Shown here: in pieces, positions 42,520-50,110 of the stretch
How the letters are laid out: each line of letters begins with the position of its first letter
How positions within the stretch are numbered: the stretch's first letter is position 1
IMG/VR virus record: IMGVR_UViG_3300031539_000026
Length of the DNA stretch: 62,273 nt
Source: a virus
Reading direction: 5' to 3' (one strand)
Translations under genes and position numbers: made by a program
Notes under the pieces: generated by a model
The model's database searches: none
Seen by the model: the letters and a program-made list of their open reading frames with translations, nothing else
Told to the model about the DNA's origin: nothing

Positions 42520-43476
42520 TTATCCAAACAGGTTCGATTTTGAAGCGCCGGCAGTTTGGAGCCTTTGCTTCTGCTCGGCGACTTTATTGTTTGTCTCGGG
42601 ATCACGCAGCTCAGGATCGACCGGCTCGGGATCGTCCTGTCCTTCCGGCTTGGTCGTCTCGGGCTCAGTCTCACCTTCGCCGTTGCCGCCGTTTTCGGCC
42701 TTCTCTCTGTTGGCCAGGCGTTCTTTAAGTGCGGTGACGCCGGATTTTGTGTCTGTCTCGACTTCCCTGGACTCAATTTCTCTGCTCAAATGCGCTTCTG
42801 CGTCGATATAATCATTGCCTACTTCTTCCGGGAATGCCGAACGCAATGAAGAAGCCTCTGCGCATTTGTCAATTTGACCGATAGGCCGTTTCTGCCACAT
42901 ACTGTTCGGAGTGCCATTGCGGTCATCGCCATAAGTTTCAAGCCAAAAAACCTGCGGACCGGCATAAGCCACCCTTTGACCTTTGAGCATCCGATAGACG
43001 GTCACTTGCGCCCATTCGGGGAATGTCACTGTTTTCTTATAGGCACCCTTCTTTTCGTCCACCCCCTCCCATGTTTGCGTTTTCATCGGGCCAAATTCTG
43101 TTTTGTCCCGACCTGCATAGTCTTTCGTCCGGTGGGCTGTGGTCCGAACCTCGCCGATACCCGGCCAAATAGTATCAATATAACATCGTCTTTGTTTGTC
43201 CCAAATAGGAACGATATGGATGCAACGTTTGAAGGGGTCCAGCTTACGAGCCTTGCAGTAACTCAACGCCAGAATCACCGACTCGGTGGTCTGTGCGTTT
43301 GGGAAGATTGCCTCGACCAATGCTTTCCATCCAGAGCGGTCAATGCCGAACCTTTCCTGGATCGCCGGATGATAGGGTAAGCGAGGGCCTGCGATAATAG
43401 GCAGATTCTCCTGCTCTTTTTCAGGAACATTGTTTGCTTGCTGTGACTGTTTCTTTACCATGATTTTCCCTTTCAT
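42520..43476 (-). CDS. recT: RecT/Bet-family single-strand annealing protein
   Basis: ALSYCKARKLDPFKRCIHIVPIWD...; adjacent to the YqaJ exonuclease gene. Confidence 0.8.
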   Translation of the reverse strand: MKGKIMVKKQSQQANNVPEKEQENLPIIAGPRLPYHPAIQERFGIDRSGWKALVEAIFPNAQTTESVILALSYCKARKLDPFKRCIHIVPIWDKQRRCYIDTIWPGIGEVRTTAHRTKDYAGRDKTEFGPMKTQTWEGVDEKKGAYKKTVTFPEWAQVTVYRMLKGQRVAYAGPQVFWLETYGDDRNGTPNSMWQKRPIGQIDKCAEASSLRSAFPEEVGNDYIDAEAHLSREIESREVETDTKSGVTALKERLANREKAENGGNGEGETEPETTKPEGQDDPEPVDPELRDPETNNKVAEQKQRLQTAGASKSNLFG

Positions 43477-44411
43477 TTCAATCTGATTGACGAAAAAGCG
43501 TACTCTGTTTTAACTTTTTTCAGCCGCGTAACGCGACATTTTGAAATCTTTGTATATTTAGCTGCGATTTCCGGCAGTTCCTTCCGAAGTCTCTCTACAT
43601 CAATGAGACGTGAGCATTGCTCGAAATAGGTGAGCATCATAGACTTGCCATCCAAAGCGAACTTTCCGGCCTCGGCATCGCCCATGGCCGTGAGCATTGC
43701 GGACTTGGCGTCCTCAAAGACGGCCTCTGCCCACTTGACCTTGTCTCTGCCGTCCAGAAAATCCTTGACCAGCTTGGCGTCAAGATCGACGATCTTTTTC
43801 GGGACGCGCTTGATTCGTTTTATAAACTCAAGGCTCGGCGTGATGTTTTCGGGCGGCGTGTCGTTCTCGACGTATTCCCAAAAGTCCAAAGCCGCCTCCA
43901 GTACCGCATCATTGATAACCGGATCACGTTTGACCTCGTACATATTGAAGCCTTTGCCCCCCAGAAATGCGGGGACGTAACAAATGCCGCGATCGGAACA
44001 AATCATGTGGACGTGGCATTGAATGAGTATCCCGTCGGGTAAATGGTCCGAGCCAGCCTCGCCCCATCCGTCGGCAAGCGGCCCGAACAGGCCCGACGTT
44101 TTAGCTTCGACCGGATCCCCTGTACTGATGATCTGGGCGTCCAGGTGATCTATCAGGTGGAACTCTTCAAGAAACAGTTCAACGTTTCTTCGCAATGGGC
44201 CGAGCTGCACTTCTGCCCAATCCACTACTCCAGACTCAAAAAGTGTTCCGGCCAGCATTGCTTCGTTCGGCTCGAAATCGTTCGTCCGGTTTGTCTTGTC
44301 TAACCAAACGTCATAGGCGTTCTTGTATTTGTCAAATCCGAGTATCGCAGCCATATCGGAAGAACCGATATAGCCTTTACGCCTCAGCCGTTCTTCTTCT
44401 GTAATTGGCAT
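43473..44411 (-). CDS. YqaJ-type (lambda Exo-like) recombination exonuclease
   Basis: RKGYIGSSDMAAILGFDKYKNAYDVWLDKT. Start at MPITEEE. Confidence 0.8.
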   Translation of the reverse strand: MPITEEERLRRKGYIGSSDMAAILGFDKYKNAYDVWLDKTNRTNDFEPNEAMLAGTLFESGVVDWAEVQLGPLRRNVELFLEEFHLIDHLDAQIISTGDPVEAKTSGLFGPLADGWGEAGSDHLPDGILIQCHVHMICSDRGICYVPAFLGGKGFNMYEVKRDPVINDAVLEAALDFWEYVENDTPPENITPSLEFIKRIKRVPKKIVDLDAKLVKDFLDGRDKVKWAEAVFEDAKSAMLTAMGDAEAGKFALDGKSMMLTYFEQCSRLIDVERLRKELPEIAAKYTKISKCRVTRLKKVKTEYAFSSIRLK

Positions 44412-44421
44412 GATCTTCTTC

Positions 44422-44733
44422 CTATGACAGTTTCTCCGTAGCAGCTCTCCCAACGTCAACCAACGTCGCCGGACGGTCATTCTCCGGCTCGGGCCTGCAC
44501 GCTTCGCATTTCAGCAGCCCGTCGTCATCCGGATCTTCCTTTATGCAGCACTTGCAGCCTGGGGATGAGCAGACGTCACAAAATTCAACGCAGCCCTTAT
44601 GAATCCGAGTATCGCAAGACTCGCATTTTTCAAGTTCGTAATCGTAAATTACTCCGCCGCAAGCCTCACAACTTCCGACTTCAACGGGGATTTTGGGAGT
44701 ATATCCACAGGCAAAACGATCTAAGTTTGACAT
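44422..44733 (-). CDS. Cys-rich (multi-CxxC) small protein
   Basis: CEACGG, CESCD, CDVC, CKCC and CEAC pairs. Start at MSNLDRF. Confidence 0.45.
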   Translation of the reverse strand: MSNLDRFACGYTPKIPVEVGSCEACGGVIYDYELEKCESCDTRIHKGCVEFCDVCSSPGCKCCIKEDPDDDGLLKCEACRPEPENDRPATLVDVGRAATEKLS

Positions 44734-44756
44734 GATTTTCTCTCTTTCTGTAATTG

Positions 44757-44951
44757 TTATCCCCAACCAATACTTTTTGATGCAGCTACCGCACCGGCGG
44801 GGTCGGCGTCTCTTTTCTCTGCCATCACTTTTTTGTAATACCCTCCAGTCTCTCCTTGAAACAGAGAGTCTCCCGTCTCGCCTAATCTCCATTGGCGCAA
44901 AAGTGTTTCGTAGTCAGCATCGTCAATCCATTTCTTTTGTTCATCTGTCAT
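44757..44951 (-). CDS. Small hypothetical protein
   Basis: 64-aa ORF. Confidence 0.4.
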   Translation of the reverse strand: MTDEQKKWIDDADYETLLRQWRLGETGDSLFQGETGGYYKKVMAEKRDADPAGAVAASKSIGWG

Positions 44952-45060
44952 TTTGATTTACTCCGTTTTCTCCGATTTCCTCCATGCCTTTGCCGGGCAT
45001 AAAATAAGTAATTATCATCCAAACCACCGCCCAAAACACTGCAACGATTATTCGTTTCAC
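44941..45060 (-). CDS. Small single-TM protein (39 aa, GTG start), lysis-cassette candidate
   Basis: Hand-translated: VKRIIVAVFWAVVWMIITYFMPGKG... Overlaps both neighbours. Confidence 0.3.
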   Translation of the reverse strand: MKRIIVAVFWAVVWMIITYFMPGKGMEEIGENGVNQNDR

Positions 45061-45191
45061 GATTTACTCCATAAAAAAAACAGTGCTAAAACGATGGAAA
45101 TGCTGCATAAAGACATAATTATTGTCATAAAAGATATAGTTGTACTTATATGTTCAATGGCCGTAATAAGATTAGGATCGTTCATTGTCAT
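45057..45191 (-). CDS. Small single-TM protein (44 aa), holin-like candidate
   Basis: Hand-translated: MTMNDPNLITAIEHISTTISFMTIIMSLCSISIVLALFFLWSKS. RBS GAAAGGAG. Confidence 0.35.
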   Translation of the reverse strand: MTMNDPNLITAIEHISTTISFMTIIMSLCSISIVLALFFLWSKS

Positions 45192-45240
45192 ACTCCTTTC
45201 AAAAAAAGCTCCAGGCTTCCGTGATCGTGAAGTTTTGAAA

Positions 45241-45726
45241 TTAGTTTCCCAACTTTATTTTTATGGATACAGCAACATTTCGAACGCCCCATTTCAGAGC
45301 GGCTTTGTGAGTAGAAAAATAAACATCAAGACGGCCGGCAGTAATCGCCCCGCCCCTGTCAAACACCTTGACCGGCTTTCCATCGTTGTAGCCCGGAACA
45401 ATAAGCAAAGTGCCGAAGGGAATATTTTTAGGAGCCGCAACAAACGCATCGCCCGGACAGATAACATGACCTGATGCCGTGATTTTTTGCCCCTTACTAT
45501 TAACGCCTTTTTTGGCCCAGCTTGCACAGCATTTTTGGCAGGGACAATAAGCCGAACATCTGTAGGTTGTCTCAATAAAAGACTCCGGCGATTTGACCAC
45601 GCTGGCCAACGGAATTGACTCGCCGGAATCCTGGGTATGAATGTTCTCGATATACCAGACATGAGACGTGAAACCGATTACTGTGCTGGCAATAACTGTT
45701 AGGGTGAATTCGATTATATCTCTCAT
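45241..45726 (-). CDS. 3D-domain (MltA/RlpA-like) muralytic protein with N-terminal signal-anchor
   Basis: TTYRCSAYCPCQKCC...ITASG...IPFGTLLIVPGYNDG...VFDRGGAITAGRLDVYFSTHKAALKWG. Confidence 0.65.
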   Translation of the reverse strand: MRDIIEFTLTVIASTVIGFTSHVWYIENIHTQDSGESIPLASVVKSPESFIETTYRCSAYCPCQKCCASWAKKGVNSKGQKITASGHVICPGDAFVAAPKNIPFGTLLIVPGYNDGKPVKVFDRGGAITAGRLDVYFSTHKAALKWGVRNVAVSIKIKLGN

Positions 45727-45745
45727 CTTTCGTTCCTTTCAAGAA

Positions 45746-45818
45746 TTGCAGGGGCGGGACTCGAACCCGCAACCTTCTGGTTATGAGCCAGACAAGCTAC
45801 CAATTGCTCCACCCTGCG
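45746..45818 (-). tRNA. tRNA-Met(CAU), initiator-like
   Basis: CGCAGGG-TG-GAGC-AATTGGTA-GCTT-G-TCTGG-CTCATAA-CCAGA-AGGTT-GCGGG-TTCGAGT-CCCGC-CCCTGCA-A. C1xA72 mismatch. No encoded CCA. Confidence 0.85.
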
Positions 45819-46120
45819 ATATGTAAAAAAAACAGTGGGCGGAAAGGGTAAATGAATAAGGTGCCGGGGGCCTCCCTTGCCCCTTCCGTCCGCAGCATCC
45901 AACTCATCCATGATGTTGCCCTTCGGCACCTAAACTATGCAGTTCGTCAAGATGATTGCTCGGAACCGGGGCCACCGTCGAGACTCCGGCTATCGATTTG
46001 AGGAGAGTTGAACAGATGTAATATTCCAGCCGGGACATGTCGGTAGGAGGAGGGGGGTATCAAATCCGGCAAGCCCGGCAAAAAACAAGCTGGCTACAGC
46101 TTGACTTTTATGTTATAGTT

Positions 46121-46145
46121 TACCGTATGACCCTACCGTATGACT
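46121..46145. repeat. Two direct TACCGTATGAC boxes (14-bp period), candidate integrase arm-type or regulator sites
   Basis: taccgtatgac at 46121 and 46135. A related cgtatgacccc is at 38560. Confidence 0.5.
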
Positions 46146-46152
46146 GGGGGTA

Positions 46153-47181
46153 TTATGTCCCGTTTGAAAAGTTAATGTTCGGGGCGTAGCTCAGTTTGGC
46201 AGAGCGCTGGTCTGGGGGACCAGAGGTCGCAGGGTCGTAGCCTGTCGCCCCGACTGTTGTTTGTGCTCGCCGGCACACGTCGGTTCGGACGGCGGCGTAA
46301 TACTCCATCGTCGTCTTGATATCGGCGTGGCCGGCGAGTTCCCTTACTTCCTGCGGTGACAAGTCCCTGTTTTGCGTCCAGAAAGTTATGCAAGTCCTTC
46401 TAAGGTCGTGGAACGTCCGATTCCTTATTCTGTTCAGGGCAGGTAGTAAAGTGTTTGCTCGCTCTATTATTCGCTTAAACGGTTTTGTGAAATTCTCGTC
46501 CGGGTTTATTCTTTGTCTGTAGCCTAACGGTCGCTGCCGTTGCAATGTCCAATGGCGTTTCTCAGAGAGAGTCAGATATTGTTGGCCTGCCGGCAGAGAG
46601 GGAATGATTCTACTAACTATCAGATTATATAACATCGGCACTAAAGGTACTGCTCGATGTTTTTTGTTCTTCGGCCAATATTCCCAGGTCTCTGCGGTGT
46701 CGCGTTTCGGCTGGATTGCTATTTCGCAATCATCAAAGTTAATGTCATCGAGGGTCAGATTCAAGGCTTCCGAACGTCTCATGCCTGCCGTTACCGCCGC
46801 CAATATTCTTGCCTGCCAAATATCATTGGACACCGCAAGTAAGGCTTCGATTTGACATGGCTTGTAGACGTGAATCCGCTCCAGCGGTACCCGAAACTTC
46901 CGCACACCTTCAAACGGATCGCCTGCAATCCAGCCCTGCCGGACAGCCCACTTATATAATGGGCGCGTCATTTTGACGTAACTGTTCACCGACACCTTCT
47001 TTCGGCCTGTTTCGAGAAGATATAACCGGTATTTATTTACATCAAATTCATCGACATATCTAAACAACCTGCCAATCTCCTCGAATAACCTGACTTTTTG
47101 CTCTCTCGTCGATTCGGCCAAATCCATTGATTCGGCAGTCTGCATGTACTCCAAGACGAGTTCTTCTGTGCTTGGTCTCAT
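46153..47181 (-). CDS. int: Tyrosine recombinase / phage integrase
   Basis: AGMRRSEAL, HDLRRTCITF, LAGHADIKTTMEYY. Start at MRPSTEE with RBS GGAAGGAG. Confidence 0.9.
   Translation of the reverse strand: MRPSTEELVLEYMQTAESMDLAESTREQKVRLFEEIGRLFRYVDEFDVNKYRLYLLETGRKKVSVNSYVKMTRPLYKWAVRQGWIAGDPFEGVRKFRVPLERIHVYKPCQIEALLAVSNDIWQARILAAVTAGMRRSEALNLTLDDINFDDCEIAIQPKRDTAETWEYWPKNKKHRAVPLVPMLYNLIVSRIIPSLPAGQQYLTLSEKRHWTLQRQRPLGYRQRINPDENFTKPFKRIIERANTLLPALNRIRNRTFHDLRRTCITFWTQNRDLSPQEVRELAGHADIKTTMEYYAAVRTDVCRRAQTTVGATGYDPATSGPPDQRSAKLSYAPNINFSNGT
46180..46253 (+). tRNA. tRNA-Pro(GGG)-like with non-canonical T-loop; overlaps the integrase 3-prime end (candidate attP core)
   Basis: CGGGGCG-TA-GCTC-AGTTTGGCA-GAGC-G-CTGGT-CTGGGGG-ACCAG-AGGTC-GCAGG-GTCGTAG-CCTGT-CGCCCCG-A. 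Confidence 0.7.
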
Positions 47182-47224
47182 ATTGCACTCCTTCCTCGGT
47201 GGAGGCCAAGCTGTAGCCGCCACC

Positions 47225-47252
47225 ATTGTATATGAGTCAAGCACGCTGTCAA
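47225..47252 (-). promoter_or_regulatory. Sigma70-like promoter upstream of int
   Basis: Minus sense: TTGACA-N16-TACAAT. Confidence 0.45.
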
Positions 47253-47295
47253 GCTGCGTCAGCTAAAAAATTTTAACTTGTAAAAGAGCAATATA

Positions 47296-47430
47296 TTAAT
47301 CCGAATCCGCCGGGCCGCCGCTATCGCGTGCAGCCACTACACCAGGGCCATCATAGATTTCCCCTTCCTTATCGAGGAGTTGTGCCACGAATGCGGGCAA
47401 ATACAAAGTTTTCCTGACCTTTTTTAACAT
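47296..47430 (-). CDS. Small hypothetical protein (44 aa), translationally coupled
   Basis: Hand-translated: MLKKVRKTLYLPAFVAQLLDKEGE... TAATG overlap with the upstream stop. Confidence 0.35.
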   Translation of the reverse strand: MLKKVRKTLYLPAFVAQLLDKEGEIYDGPGVVAARDSGGPADSD

Positions 47431-47654
47431 TATCGCTGCCCCAACAGTTGGCCGCCATTACCTCTAAGCCGATTTATCTCAGTGGGCAAATTACGCAACA
47501 CCCAATTCTTAAAAGCACTTTTCGGCCCGATGCCCGGCATTACACTCGCCAATTCGTTGATTAGCCGTAAAACCGGCCTATCGTCAGGAATCTTCTCTGT
47601 AAGCATCAAATTCTGAATCTGCTTAGGCATCGTTCTTTTCTTGTCTTTGCTCAT
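47430..47654 (-). CDS. First gene of the leftward early operon, hypothetical
   Basis: 74-aa ORF downstream of a consensus promoter. Confidence 0.5.
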   Translation of the reverse strand: MSKDKKRTMPKQIQNLMLTEKIPDDRPVLRLINELASVMPGIGPKSAFKNWVLRNLPTEINRLRGNGGQLLGQR

Positions 47655-47698
47655 TTCCGTACTTCCTTGTCAAAATCAGCATCCATCATTACTCTTAT

Positions 47699-47727
47699 AT
47701 TATCGTCATAAAATAATTATCTGTCAA
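47699..47727 (-). promoter_or_regulatory. Sigma70 consensus-like leftward promoter
   Basis: Minus sense: TTGACA-N17-GATAAT. Confidence 0.6.
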
Positions 47728-47769
47728 GTAAAATATTGATAAATAATGTAAAATACTATTAAATATTTA

Positions 47770-47799
47770 TTGCATTGCTTGTAAATACTTTAATATTAT
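47770..47799 (+). promoter_or_regulatory. Sigma70-like rightward promoter
   Basis: TTGCAT-N18-TATTAT, ~40 nt upstream of the RHH gene. Confidence 0.45.
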
Positions 47800-47840
47800 G
47801 GAGTTATAAAGATAAAAATTTTTGAAAAAGAGGTTATTAA

Positions 47841-48107
47841 ATGGGAAAAGTTCCGCTGAGTAATGCAATAGATTCCGAAGTTTATGATTTGCTCGAACGT
47901 TTAACGAATAAGCTTGGACCGCCGAAAAACAGGATTATTGAATCGGCGATTGAAGTCTTTGGCAAGTTAGATATTAATGTTCAGCAAACTTTGAAATCTA
48001 ACCGGCATGAGGAAAGGAAGCTGATTCTTGATCTGATTGGTGCATTAACAGCACCTTCTTTACAAGAAAAATACGATAAAGGGAGAAAGAACTCAAAATC
48101 CGGCTGA
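47841..48107 (+). CDS. Ribbon-helix-helix (CopG/Arc-like) regulator, candidate repressor
   Basis: KVPLSNAIDSEVYDLLERLTNKLGPPKNRIIESAIEVF. RBS AAGAGG. Divergent from the early operon. Confidence 0.5.
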   Translation: MGKVPLSNAIDSEVYDLLERLTNKLGPPKNRIIESAIEVFGKLDINVQQTLKSNRHEERKLILDLIGALTAPSLQEKYDKGRKNSKSG

Positions 48108-48269
48108 TTTCCTGTATTTCCAGTTCTTTTTGAAAGTCAATAATCTGTGTGTTATGCGTTCTTTTCATCATGCTGCCTCCTGTATCTGTTGATATTGATA
48201 CGTCCTACATATAAGGAGGCGTTTGAAAAGAGGAAATGTTGATAGTAAAATTGATTAAGGAGAGGCAAA

Positions 48270-48464
48270 ATGGAGGCATTAATTCCCTATGCCCTTGTAA
48301 TATTGATGATTCTGGTCGTTCAAATGGTTATTATCAGGTGGATATTCCGGATCGATACGCAGATTCGACTGCTGACGGAGATCCGCGACCAACTTCTGCA
48401 TCATAATAAAGCAAATGCCGCGGCAAGAACCCAGGAATACTATGAGAAAGAAGCACAAAAATAA
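48270..48464 (+). CDS. Small single-TM protein
   Basis: ALIPYALVILMILVVQMVIIRWIF. RBS AAGGAGAGG. Confidence 0.5.
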   Translation: MEALIPYALVILMILVVQMVIIRWIFRIDTQIRLLTEIRDQLLHHNKANAAARTQEYYEKEAQK

Positions 48465-48673
48465 TCAATAGACAATAGTAAATAAAAAGGCCCAACTCGC
48501 CAGCCAGAGCGGGTTGGGCAAAAACGGAATTAAGATAATGAAGAAAATAAACGGAATTAAGAAAAGTGTCAAGGAAGAAATCGAAGAAAATTGTGCTTGG
48601 GACGAAACTGTAAAAAGAGGCCCGACTCTCTCTCAAAAAAATCGGACCTTAAATTTGGAAAGGACTCCAAACG

Positions 48674-48874
48674 ATGGCTAAATTACGCAAAAACGTTTTG
48701 AACGTCAAGAAAGAAATTGAAGAATTTGACGAAAAATTACGCAAGCAGAAACGCAGGAGAGGGCCGTGGAAGGATTCAATCAAAGACCTGCCGCCGGAAG
48801 AGCAGGGCAAGCTGTTTGCTAAGCGGCTATTAGGGAAGGTCTTTAAGGCTAAGCCAAAGAAGAAAAAGAAATAA
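48674..48874 (+). CDS. Small highly basic protein
   Basis: 66 aa, K/R-rich, ending KAKPKKKKK. Confidence 0.4.
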   Translation: MAKLRKNVLNVKKEIEEFDEKLRKQKRRRGPWKDSIKDLPPEEQGKLFAKRLLGKVFKAKPKKKKK

Positions 48875-48915
48875 CCCTCGTCAATTGATCGAGCGACAAT
48901 TGAAAGGATAGAAAA

Positions 48916-49158
48916 ATGCGATGGATATTGTTTCTCTTGGCCGGCCTGGCCTTTCTTGGAGGTGCCACCACTTATTTGGTTGCAGGACCGAGTAGCTTTG
49001 TTATATTTGCGATACTTTTCTCGGGAGCTGCGATCGTGGATGCAATAGTGAGCTTACAACAAGAGATTCGCAAGATAACCGGCCCCGCCGAAGAACTTGA
49101 AAAGATGAAGGATAAAATCAGAACGGGGTCAAGCCAAACAATATTCAATGGAGGTTAA
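48916..49158 (+). CDS. Small two-TM membrane protein
   Basis: WILFLLAGLAFLGGATTYLVAG and FVIFAILFSGAAIVDAIV. Confidence 0.5.
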   Translation: MRWILFLLAGLAFLGGATTYLVAGPSSFVIFAILFSGAAIVDAIVSLQQEIRKITGPAEELEKMKDKIRTGSSQTIFNGG

Positions 49159-49159
49159 A

Positions 49160-49492
49160 ATGAAAGCGATAATCCTATCAACGCTGTTATTAGGAGCCAT
49201 ACTTGTTGCAGGCTGCTCATCAGTACAATCGAGGGTGATTTTTCGCGACAAAACAATATCCGTAGGGCAATCGAATGACTCGGTCGAAAGTCTTCTCGGC
49301 CAGCCTGACTGGGCGGTAAATGCACGGCTCGATAGTTCGTCTTTGAAGGTTAACAAGATAGATCCATGGATTTATCCCGGCCGTTTTACTATTGAATGGG
49401 TCTATTGGGATAACCCTAAGTCTCTTTTGTTATGGCTGGAAGGTAACGCCGTGCAAGGCATTTGGTTAGCAGAGACTTCTCGTATTAAATAG
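49160..49492 (+). CDS. Lipoprotein
   Basis: MKAIILSTLLLGAILVAGCSS has the lipobox LVAGC. Confidence 0.6.
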   Translation: MKAIILSTLLLGAILVAGCSSVQSRVIFRDKTISVGQSNDSVESLLGQPDWAVNARLDSSSLKVNKIDPWIYPGRFTIEWVYWDNPKSLLLWLEGNAVQGIWLAETSRIK

Positions 49493-49639
49493 TTGACCCA
49501 AGCGCCAGAATCAAATCCTACGCACGTAGCCGCCTCGTGGCTGGCCGATCTCGGTTTGGGCATAGGATGAGGGGTGGGCAGTGCCTCAAGCCGTCCACCC
49601 CTGCCAGAATGAAAGAAAAATCAGTCCTGTGAAATGTTA

Positions 49640-50095
49640 CTACGGCTTAATTGCCTGCAGCTCGCAATCCTCAAGGGTAATCGAATGGGTATCCGTGCAC
49701 GATCTGTTCGTTACCAGGTCCCACGCGGCTATTACCTGCCGGTTTGCCACCGTCCCGTTGTCATCGGTCAATATGGCGTACCTTGCCCCGTCACCGGAAT
49801 CCGGTATCGGCCCGCCGGCCGCCGGCCAGACGATATCCTTAACCTGAACAAACGCCTTATCGCCGGTATCGTCCTCAGTCATTGTGTCGAAATCCGTAGC
49901 CCCCGGCGTTAATTGGTAGCCTCCCGTGGCGTACCCGTTGCCGACTGCGATCTCCGTCAGCTCGCCGAGCGTATTCGTATCAACTGTCGGAGCTATGGCG
50001 GCAGTTACCAGGGCCACGTAAAAATTGGTAGGCATCGCCTGTGCGTGAAACACCCAGTCCAGCAACAAAAACTTACCCCTATTAGTCCAGAGCAT
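49640..50095 (-). CDS. Hypothetical tail-module protein (last gene of the tail operon)
   Basis: 151-aa ORF after the J-like gene. Confidence 0.45.
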   Translation of the reverse strand: MLWTNRGKFLLLDWVFHAQAMPTNFYVALVTAAIAPTVDTNTLGELTEIAVGNGYATGGYQLTPGATDFDTMTEDDTGDKAFVQVKDIVWPAAGGPIPDSGDGARYAILTDDNGTVANRQVIAAWDLVTNRSCTDTHSITLEDCELQAIKP

Positions 50096-50110
50096 GTTAT
50101 CTCCTTTTTG

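Noticed and set aside
42426-42849. Several ORFs in alternative frames (42426-42776, 42449-42811, 42540-42728, 42556-42849) overlapping the 3-prime end of recT.
   Set aside because: They overlap the acidic, low-complexity C-terminal tail of RecT (..GEGETEPETTKPEGQDDPEPVDPE..), which is compositionally biased and stop-poor in other frames. There are no independent start signals.
45723-45929. A 68-aa minus-strand ORF and the overlapping 45572-45772 ORF.
   Set aside because: They run through the tRNA-Met gene (45746-45818) and its flank. The tRNA explains the sequence better, and the translations have no protein-like features.
46153-46253. The C-terminal ~34 residues of the integrase ORF (..TTVGATGYDPATSGPPDQRSAKLSYAPNINFSNGT) as a genuine extra domain.
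   Set aside because: This tail is the antisense reading of the tRNA-Pro-like gene and lies beyond the catalytic Tyr region. It is most likely incidental read-through to the first stop, and I cannot tell where the functional C-terminus is.
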